Origin: a virus
Taxonomy: Duplodnaviria > Heunggongvirae > Uroviricota > Caudoviricetes
Direction: 5' to 3' (one strand)
Length of the DNA: 23,374 nt
IMG/VR virus record: IMGVR_UViG_3300032156_000002
Location: 73,023-96,396 of that record
The notes below the pieces were generated by a model. It saw only the letters and a program-made list of their open reading frames with translations, made no database searches and was not told the DNA's origin. Shown one piece after another: positions 1 through 6,446 of this stretch. Position numbers and translations under genes: made by a program. Position 1 is the stretch's first letter, and every line of letters starts with the position of its first letter.

Positions 1-1
1 A

Positions 2-3000
2 AATTCCCGCGAGTACAAGATTACGCGGTTTGGGTTACACAAATTCGCGAGCGGCGACAAGACGTACACCGATATGTGGACGGCGGTTCTCGCAATCGGG
101 AAGGGCTTGGCGAAGTACCCCGAGGCCATGTCGTGGAGAACGGCCCCGGACACGGTGCTCGTGTTCTTCCCGCTCGCGTGGGAAGTCCTCGCCATGCCAA
201 TAGACGTGGCCGCCGGACTTGACCCCGAGTACGCGACCGTCCTTGACATGCCCGAGATTATCGAGCGCGGCGGCCCCGGCTCAGGCCACTTCGGCCACGA
301 GGGCAGGCCCGGAGAGGTGGGCGGGAGTCTACCCGACGAGGGCGGCCTCTTGACCGGGGAACCGGGCGATGCGCGGGTCAACACGTTTTTCACTAAACGC
401 GGACTCGGAATTGATGTAACACCCGAAGATGCCTTGGGCCTTTGGGAGACATGCAAGGAACTGAACGGCGGCGTGCGCACCGGTCTCACGGACAGCGTTC
501 TTCCTCCCGGCTCTCCACAGATTGAAACGGACGAGGTCTGGATTGCGCCCAACGGCGAGGCCGTTCGGGTTATCTTGGGCGGGCACGAGGGTGTCGCTCA
601 CGAGGCTCTTGAGCACTACTACGCAAAGGATGTCTCGAAATTCCTGCCCTTCCTTGACTTGAACATCAAGCAGACCGACCCGGTGTTACACGAAGGGAGA
701 GAGGTCGGTCGGCTCACATTCGTCGCGCCGAACGAAGAGGAGACGCTTGTCGCGACGGCATACATCGACCGGGATGGGAAGTTCCGGTGGAAGATAAAGG
801 AGTCGAGTTTTGACTTCGCACCAGAGCCTCTGCCGCCCACGGCGAGCAAGGAGGAGATTGTCCTCGCCAATCCGAAACACACGGTCTATGGCATCGTGGG
901 CGGCGTCGGCGCAGAGGAGTTGTTTATGGCGCACGGTTTCCTGCGCGTCAGCCGCGGCGGACAACCATCGGGGCCTATGTCAACGGCCGGTTTCTCGTGG
1001 GACGCCACCTTGACTCCAACTGAGCCGCAGAGGCGAGCGGTTATGCGCGTTGCCAAGGCCATAGAGGACGCTGGCGGCGGATACATGTGGGAGACTGCGA
1101 ATAGCAACAACAAGCATCCCGCCTCTGAGGGTATCTATTCGGCCCTTTTGGGGAACGCAAGCCGCGCTCGGAACGAACTACGGACTGCCCTGACGGGACA
1201 GCCGCACTTTCCCGTGGTCGAGCGGTCCGCGTGGCCGGACTGGGCACTGGCGCTCGTGATGCGCGGCGGGCCGGGAAGCGGTCACTTTGGGCATGAGGGT
1301 AGGCCGGGCGAGGTCGGCGGGAGTGCGCCGAGCGGAGGATTATCAATCGGAGCACCGGGGACCTACGGCACCGAGCAGGTCGTGCGAGGGCGATGGAATC
1401 CAAATGCCAACCTTGCCTACCACTGGACCGACTCCGAGGGACTGGAAGGAATCCTCGACAAGACAGAATGGGAGGCGGGAAGTCTCACGGTCAATCCCGG
1501 CTATCGGTATGTCGGGCATGGTCCACGTCAAGACCGTTTCGCGCTCGTGTTCGACCGCTCCATGATACGGGAGGACAAGGCAGAGGCGACGGTGCCATGG
1601 AGTGAGTGGGAGATACTCTCGCGCGATGATGTTCCCTTGATGCCGGGAATCAACGAACCGCAGGCGTTTCTTGGCTTCGGCGTTCGCACCCAGCGCGATG
1701 CTGATATTCTGCGCCGCAAGATTATCAAGTTCTATGATGACCCCGACTGGGGCACGATGTGGCCAATCCACATCGTGCCCGACGTGACACCGGTCCATCT
1801 GCGCTCAATGGTCGAGCGCGGCGGCCCCGGCTCGGGCCACTTTGGGCACGAAGGCCGCCCCGGTCAGGTCGGGGGAAGCATGCCCGGCGACGGATTATCA
1901 ACCGGCGAGCCGGGCGAGGACGTGAGCGCACGAGAGGCCAAGGTCCGCAAAAAACTCGACGCCATCATCAAGCGGACGAACGCGAAGATTGAGCGCATCA
2001 AGACCGCCGACAAGGCCGGTGCCATGCGCGTATTCTTCCGAGGGTTGGACAAAGAGCGCAACCGCTACGCGGGTGGCACGCACGTCAAGGGCTGGTGGAA
2101 ACTTGGCCGCGAGGCGATGGTCAAAATCATCTTCCAGTATCGCGCCTTTGCGGAGGCGAAGTACGAGAAGATGCCCCAAGTGGCCGACCTTTACGCGGGC
2201 GACACTTACAACAAAGACCGCATCAAGTACCTGCGCGAGCGGCTGGACCTCCTTGCCAGAATCGAGTATGACCTGCGGCACGTAGAGTCTGACCCGGACA
2301 TGATTGTAGAGAATGCGAGGAGTATCCAAACAGCCTTCAATGCCATGCGCGAGGTTGGCTATTTCCTTGCGCTTGATGCCGAACTCGCGCTTGACAACGA
2401 GGGGCACAAGTTCAACTGGCGCGACTCGGACCCAACGGTCGAAATGACCGTAGACGGCGAAACTATCAAGGTCGAACCGGCGGTGTACGCACGTGCCGCC
2501 GATATACGAATCGACTGGGACCCCAAGCCTGCGGAGACGCAGATTCTCGAGGCGCGGGCCGATGGATTCGCCGAGGCAATCCATACACGCATCGAGGCGA
2601 TGAGACCATTCACGGATGGACTTGTCAACGCCGCGAACGATGCGGTTCCGGGCCGTGTCCTCGTGGGTCGGGACAACGCCAGAGATGCGCTGAACGCCGT
2701 CGCCGCCGAGATTTACAACGCCGAGGCTCGCCCGAAGGTGTCCGCCATCCAGAGCCGCATCGGCATGGGCGAGTCCGTGCCGCAGGCTGACTTGGACTAC
2801 GTTGCCGACTGGACGGTCAAGTTCAAGGCATACGATTCGGCCATGAGAGACCTTGACCTTGCGCGGCGCGACGTGAGGACATGGCAGTTAGGCGGTCTAT
2901 CGTCGGAGTTGTGGAAAGACTACGGCGGACCCGAGGACACCATCCAACTCACGAGAGGCGTTGACACCGGCGACAGAATGATTGGCGGGGTTGAGGAAAG

Positions 3001-3562
3001 GAACATGAGGCTGGCGGATAAATTCCTGTCAGCCGTTGTCTCGCCCGATGTCGAACCCGGCATGGAGGTCAAGGTCTATCGGTTGGTCGAATCGGACCCG
3101 GAGCCGGACCGCGGCTTCTATCGGTCGAGCGACAGCGGCGACCTGCTCTCCGGCATCTACTTGCCCGACGGTGCGGATGCGACCACCTTCGTTCACGAGT
3201 ACGGGCATCATCTTGAGCAACACAACGCGGGATTGCACGAAGCGACCCGCGCATTCTTGTTTGAGCGAAGCAAGGGTTTGCCCATCGAGCACTATCCTGT
3301 GCCACCCTTCCGGCCGGACGAACAAGGCTACCTCACAGCCTTCCACCTGATACCCGACGACTACGCGGGCAAGGTCTACGGACCAGATGCCCTGCACTCG
3401 GGCGCGACCGAGGTCCTGTCACAGGGCCTTCACCGATTGAAAGAGGACCCGGTTTACTTCTCCGAGGGCGACCGCGACTGGTTTGACTTCACGGTGCTCT
3501 CCCTGACCGGCGACCTAGAGAGGGACATGCAATGGCTACGTCAACACATCCCTACGCCCTGA
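2..3562 (+). CDS. Large modular phage head-associated (polyvalent/MuF-effector-like) protein, 5'-truncated; three tag repeats, a putative ART-fold module and a C-terminal HExxH zincin module
   Basis: The frame is open from base 2 (NSREYKITRFG...) through ATG 74, so the true start lies outside the window. RGGPGSGHFGHEGRPG(E/Q)VGGS occurs at 266, 1262 and 1817. YHWT...SLT...EWE spans 1418-1612, and FVHEYGHHLE (HExxH) is at 3194-3208. The gene sits upstream of the prohead protease and capsid genes. Confidence 0.75.
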   Translation, partial: NSREYKITRFGLHKFASGDKTYTDMWTAVLAIGKGLAKYPEAMSWRTAPDTVLVFFPLAWEVLAMPIDVAAGLDPEYATVLDMPEIIERGGPGSGHFGHEGRPGEVGGSLPDEGGLLTGEPGDARVNTFFTKRGLGIDVTPEDALGLWETCKELNGGVRTGLTDSVLPPGSPQIETDEVWIAPNGEAVRVILGGHEGVAHEALEHYYAKDVSKFLPFLDLNIKQTDPVLHEGREVGRLTFVAPNEEETLVATAYIDRDGKFRWKIKESSFDFAPEPLPPTASKEEIVLANPKHTVYGIVGGVGAEELFMAHGFLRVSRGGQPSGPMSTAGFSWDATLTPTEPQRRAVMRVAKAIEDAGGGYMWETANSNNKHPASEGIYSALLGNASRARNELRTALTGQPHFPVVERSAWPDWALALVMRGGPGSGHFGHEGRPGEVGGSAPSGGLSIGAPGTYGTEQVVRGRWNPNANLAYHWTDSEGLEGILDKTEWEAGSLTVNPGYRYVGHGPRQDRFALVFDRSMIREDKAEATVPWSEWEILSRDDVPLMPGINEPQAFLGFGVRTQRDADILRRKIIKFYDDPDWGTMWPIHIVPDVTPVHLRSMVERGGPGSGHFGHEGRPGQVGGSMPGDGLSTGEPGEDVSAREAKVRKKLDAIIKRTNAKIERIKTADKAGAMRVFFRGLDKERNRYAGGTHVKGWWKLGREAMVKIIFQYRAFAEAKYEKMPQVADLYAGDTYNKDRIKYLRERLDLLARIEYDLRHVESDPDMIVENARSIQTAFNAMREVGYFLALDAELALDNEGHKFNWRDSDPTVEMTVDGETIKVEPAVYARAADIRIDWDPKPAETQILEARADGFAEAIHTRIEAMRPFTDGLVNAANDAVPGRVLVGRDNARDALNAVAAEIYNAEARPKVSAIQSRIGMGESVPQADLDYVADWTVKFKAYDSAMRDLDLARRDVRTWQLGGLSSELWKDYGGPEDTIQLTRGVDTGDRMIGGVEERNMRLADKFLSAVVSPDVEPGMEVKVYRLVESDPEPDRGFYRSSDSGDLLSGIYLPDGADATTFVHEYGHHLEQHNAGLHEATRAFLFERSKGLPIEHYPVPPFRPDEQGYLTAFHLIPDDYAGKVYGPDALHSGATEVLSQGLHRLKEDPVYFSEGDRDWFDFTVLSLTGDLERDMQWLRQHIPTP
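266..328 (+). repeat. Gly/His tag repeat copy 1 (RGGPGSGHFGHEGRPGEVGGS), followed by GLLTGEPG
   Basis: Direct translation in the frame of the large ORF. Confidence 0.95.
1262..1324 (+). repeat. Gly/His tag repeat copy 2 (RGGPGSGHFGHEGRPGEVGGS), followed by GLSIGAPG
   Basis: Direct translation; identical to copy 1 in amino acids with many synonymous differences. Confidence 0.95.
1817..1879 (+). repeat. Gly/His tag repeat copy 3 (RGGPGSGHFGHEGRPGQVGGS), followed by GLSTGEPG
   Basis: Direct translation. Confidence 0.95.
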
Positions 3563-3807
3563 GAGACCCGCAGAACGGCGAGATTTTCAATCTAGCCGGT
3601 GGACTGTGGACCGGCGAGAATCAGGAGGTCGTTGGCCTCCTGAACGTCTGGTTTGCCCGTTCCCGGCTGTATTTGGACGACCCCGGTAGGTATTTGCCCG
3701 ACCCGGACTGGCAGTTGGCGCAGGACGCCGCGCAGGAAATGGGCTTCGAAGTGGTTTCCGGTCCGCCCCCGGAAACGGGAGTGCCGCCGGAGGGGAACAT
3801 TTACTGA
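3532..3807 (+). CDS. Small acidic hypothetical protein (91 aa), candidate partner/immunity protein of the zincin module
   Basis: GAGAGGGA RBS at about 3518-3525 and ATG 3532. It overlaps the last 31 nt of the large ORF. The function is inferred from position only. Confidence 0.6.
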   Translation: MATSTHPYALRDPQNGEIFNLAGGLWTGENQEVVGLLNVWFARSRLYLDDPGRYLPDPDWQLAQDAAQEMGFEVVSGPPPETGVPPEGNIY

Positions 3808-3811
3808 CGGC

Positions 3812-3907
3812 CTAGAAGTTCGTCCGGGCGAATTCGCCGAAATACCTGACGGCGGCGTGGTCATAGGCGAGCGCGGCGGCTTCGGGGGTCTCAAAATAGC
3901 CGAGTAG
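3812..3907 (-). pseudogene. C-terminal remnant of an AP2 DNA-binding domain (HNH-AP2 homing endonuclease relic)
   Basis: The minus strand reads LLGYFETPEAAALAYDHAAVRYFGEFARTNF*, matching the AP2 C-terminal consensus (LG.F.T.EEAA.AYD.AA..(Y/L)FGEFA..NF). The N-terminal AP2 strands and a plausible start are missing. Confidence 0.8.
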
Positions 3908-3918
3908 TCCGTTTGTGT

Positions 3919-3960
3919 TAGGCAGACTGTTCCGCGAGCGGTAGGATAAGACAGCGGAGG
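3919..3960 (+). promoter_or_regulatory. Possible sigma70-type promoter plus RBS for the 3966 gene
   Basis: TAGGCA (3919-3924), a 17-bp spacer and TAGGAT (3942-3947), each a 4/6 match to consensus. GGAGG at 3956-3960 precedes GTG 3966. Confidence 0.3.
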
Positions 3961-3965
3961 TATCT

Positions 3966-4898
3966 GTGCCCGGCTCTGTGACCGTGCCTAGTACGCTCAA
4001 AGGACACGCCGCCGACATCTGGCGAGCCGCATTCCTTGCGTCTTGCGAGGGCACGTGCAAAGGGCGCGAGGACAAAGACTCCTGCGCCGCGTCCATTGCG
4101 TGGACCGCGGTGAAGGAAAATTACAAGAAGGGCGACTCGGGGGAATGGGTCGCCAAAGGCGGGCCTATGACGGAGCAGACGAAATTGATTGAACGCAAGG
4201 AATTCTCGGCGGGCCAGCGGGGCAAGTTGGCTGAGGAAAACAAGGCCATGCCCGGTGGCGGCTATCCCATCGAGAGCGAGCAGGACCTTCGCAATGCCAT
4301 TCATGCGATTGGCCGTGCGAAGAATCGCGCCATGACTATCCGGCACATCATGCGTCGCGCCAAGGCCCTCGGGTTGATGAAACTCATCCCGGCGGGTTGG
4401 GTGTCCGAGGTGAAGTCGCTGGCGCAGATTATCCGCGCCGTTCCCGGCGACATCCTCGTTCGCCGCATCGCGCGCGAGCACGAGGCGACCTACGATGTCG
4501 AGTTGACTCAGCGTGGCCTCGCCAACACCGAGGCCGTTCGTCCTGCCTGCTTTGATAGCGAAGTCTGGCGTGCTCTGCCCGCGAGCGAACGCACCTACGG
4601 CGCGCTTCTGCGTCGGCGCTTCATCTCGCGGCAGTACCACGAAGCCGTGGACCAGATGCTTGAGAACGGGTGGGAAGCCCGGAAGAATCCGAATCGCCCG
4701 GAGGAGTTCATCTTCCGTGGCTACGTGAATACGCCCGACGGCGCGGTGTTCGTGCGCGACATTCTTGTGCGCCGCCGCGGTACGGGCACATGGTACCCGC
4801 GCGAGGTGAGCCGCGGGGCCAGCGCCTCGACCTCCATCATGCTCGACCCGCAGGAAATTCGGTATCGCGGCCCCGAAATCGAAATCCCGGTTCACTGA
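3966..4898 (+). CDS. Multi-domain head-region protein: N-terminal ChaB-like domain, a DUF6582-like phage head module and an unknown C-terminal domain
   Basis: The ChaB-like pattern is HAADIWRAAF...AASIAWTAVKENYKK...GEWV. FSAGQRGKLAEENKAMPGGGYPIESEQDLRNAIHAIGRA...HIMRRAKALG...IPAGW resembles a module recurrent in phage head genes. GGAGG RBS at 3956. Confidence 0.65.
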   Translation: MPGSVTVPSTLKGHAADIWRAAFLASCEGTCKGREDKDSCAASIAWTAVKENYKKGDSGEWVAKGGPMTEQTKLIERKEFSAGQRGKLAEENKAMPGGGYPIESEQDLRNAIHAIGRAKNRAMTIRHIMRRAKALGLMKLIPAGWVSEVKSLAQIIRAVPGDILVRRIAREHEATYDVELTQRGLANTEAVRPACFDSEVWRALPASERTYGALLRRRFISRQYHEAVDQMLENGWEARKNPNRPEEFIFRGYVNTPDGAVFVRDILVRRRGTGTWYPREVSRGASASTSIMLDPQEIRYRGPEIEIPVH

Positions 4899-4905
4899 GG
4901 TGCGT

Positions 4906-5457
4906 ATGACCCCAACAGAGTCGGACCTCGTTCGTGGCGCGCGAGAAATTCTTGACATCTCCGCTTTGATTCTCCGCGGCGGGGCGGGGAGTGGGCACTT
5001 CGCTCACAAGGGGGTCCCCGGCCAAAGGGGCGGCAGTGCGCCGGGGCCGGGAGGCGGCACGGTTTCGGAGGCAGGCGGAACGCACAAGGGGGTCCCCGGC
5101 CAACGGGGCGGCAGTGCGCCCGGACCAATGGGACTCGGAACGAGTTGGCAAGGGGGAAAGTCATTCGCCCACACCCTGACGAACAAGTCATACGACTCTT
5201 GGGTGACGATGCTCTCCAAAAAGCCGCTCGCGAAGTTGCGGGCTTGGCAGGATGTTGTCTCTGGGCAGATGGAACTTCTGCGAAAGAACGGTGACAAGTC
5301 TCCGGGCGAGATTGCTTCGATAGAGCAGATGGTCTGGGAACTCGCCCTCACCGACGCGGTGGCACGCAAGGCATTTGCGAACGAGTTTCCGGCAGGCAGT
5401 TTCGGGCTTCCGGCGTGGCTGAAAGAATGGCGAGCGAAGGCGGAGGGGGCGCAGTGA
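4906..5457 (+). CDS. Tag-bearing small cargo protein 1 (183 aa): N-terminal leader and tag followed by an unknown helical domain
   Basis: GAGGTG RBS at 4897-4902 and ATG 4906. The leader DLVRGAREILDISALILR is followed by GGAGSGHFAHKGVPGQRGGS and a partial second copy. Confidence 0.8.
   Translation: MTPTESDLVRGAREILDISALILRGGAGSGHFAHKGVPGQRGGSAPGPGGGTVSEAGGTHKGVPGQRGGSAPGPMGLGTSWQGGKSFAHTLTNKSYDSWVTMLSKKPLAKLRAWQDVVSGQMELLRKNGDKSPGEIASIEQMVWELALTDAVARKAFANEFPAGSFGLPAWLKEWRAKAEGAQ
4975..5037 (+). repeat. Gly/His tag repeat copy 4 (variant RGGAGSGHFAHKGVPGQRGGS)
   Basis: Direct translation. Confidence 0.9.
5005..5120 (+). repeat. 38-bp direct repeat (5005-5042 and 5083-5120, 1 mismatch) duplicating HKGVPGQRGGSAP
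   Basis: cacaagggggtccccggccaa(a/c)ggggcggcagtgcgcc is present twice, 78 bp apart. Confidence 0.95.
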
Positions 5458-6446
5458 CGGACAGACTTCTCCGCGGCGCGCTTGAAATCCTTGACCTGTC
5501 GGCCGTCATTTTTCGCGGCGGACCCGGCAGTGGCCATTTTGGCCACAAGGGTCGCCCCGGCGAGGTCGGGGGAAGTGCGCCGGGCATGGGCGGATTGTCA
5601 ACCGGCGAGTCGGGCAAGACATATCCGGTGAAGTGGACCCCGACGGGGCGTGGCGTGGGCGCTGGCGTTTCTCACGAGAGTGATGACGGGAGGTTTGTCA
5701 TTCACGGAACCGGCGCTGGGCACGGAATGAATTATGTGTTGCAGGACAAGAACGCCAGCAAACCGGATGAGGCGGCGGGTCGCTTTGCCACATTGGCCGA
5801 GGCCAAGGACGCCGCCCAGCGCATCGCCAACGAGACAGAGGGATACACGACCGGCGAAGCAACTGGCAAGTATCCGGCCAACTTCAATCCCGAGACCGGC
5901 CTCTACAAGAACAAGGTCATTTACGTCCGCAAGAGCAACAGCCACAAGTGGTTTTGGGTGAACATCGCCAACGACCAAGCGGACGTGGACCGATTGATGC
6001 CCGGCATTCTGCGTGACTACAAGACCGCAGAGGGCAGGCAGTGGCAAATCAAGGTCGTGGATGTCGAGTGGGAAGGCGGCGATGTCTCCAAGATTCCGTA
6101 CTCGCTGACCGGCCCGGAACTCGAACGGTTCGCCAGCAAGGGATTGTCAACCGGAGAACCCGCCGGAGACTACGGTCGCCGTGAGGTCGTGAAGGTCAAC
6201 CTCGGGACGCTGAATGGAAAGCGCGTCTACATCGAACATCCCCTGCGCACCTCGACGGAGGAAGGGAACTGGCCGAATGACACGCTTCACGTCGGTGGCA
6301 GTAGCATACTACTGGATACCCAGCGCATGACGGAGTCCCTGTATCGCCTGATGCCAGCGGCCTACATGGCGGGCAATGGAAAGCCAGCCAGCGAGTGGCG
6401 CTGGTTCATTGACGAGGCGCGCCGCCGGGGATTGCTCCGTGGCTGA
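5454..6446 (+). CDS. Tag-bearing cargo protein 2 (330 aa): same leader and tag followed by several small unknown modules
   Basis: The GTG start overlaps the upstream TGA (GTGA) and follows a GGAGGGGG RBS. The leader DRLLRGALEILDLSAVIFR is followed by GGPGSGHFGHKGRPGEVGGS. GLSTGE occurs at 5592 and again at 6141. Confidence 0.8.
   Translation: MTDRLLRGALEILDLSAVIFRGGPGSGHFGHKGRPGEVGGSAPGMGGLSTGESGKTYPVKWTPTGRGVGAGVSHESDDGRFVIHGTGAGHGMNYVLQDKNASKPDEAAGRFATLAEAKDAAQRIANETEGYTTGEATGKYPANFNPETGLYKNKVIYVRKSNSHKWFWVNIANDQADVDRLMPGILRDYKTAEGRQWQIKVVDVEWEGGDVSKIPYSLTGPELERFASKGLSTGEPAGDYGRREVVKVNLGTLNGKRVYIEHPLRTSTEEGNWPNDTLHVGGSSILLDTQRMTESLYRLMPAAYMAGNGKPASEWRWFIDEARRRGLLRG
5514..5576 (+). repeat. 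Gly/His tag repeat copy 5 (RGGPGSGHFGHKGRPGEVGGS), followed by GLSTGESG
   Basis: Direct translation. Confidence 0.95.

Noticed and set aside
2-265. MuF or portal domain at the start of the large ORF
   Set aside because: It is plausible from context, but no MuF (CRC-type) or portal motif is visible in the truncated N-terminal part.
3812-4096. Full 94-aa minus-strand ORF as an expressed AP2 protein
   Set aside because: Only the last 31 codons resemble AP2. The rest is antisense to the ChaB-like gene and its RBS.
3918-4958. Long minus-strand ORFs (e.g. 3918-4958, 8598-9521, 10482-11258, 13321-14019, 22090-22818)
   Set aside because: These are shadow frames of well-supported + strand genes in GC-rich DNA, with no recognisable motifs or RBS.
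266-5576. Tag repeats as a CRISPR array or DNA-level repeat family
   Set aside because: The copies are in frame, irregularly spaced (0.5-3 kb) and diverged at synonymous sites. Conservation is at the peptide level.
5592-5601. TGTCAA (TTGACA on the minus strand) as an antisense -35 box at the GLSTG sites
   Set aside because: No -10-like hexamer lies 17 bp away (GCACTT at this copy), and two of the four copies read TTGATA.
5597-5606. GTCAAC as an IS200/IS605 (IscB/HEARO-type) element end
   Set aside because: There is no following ACCCC-type hairpin, no matching opposite end and no TnpA/TnpB/IscB ORF in the window.
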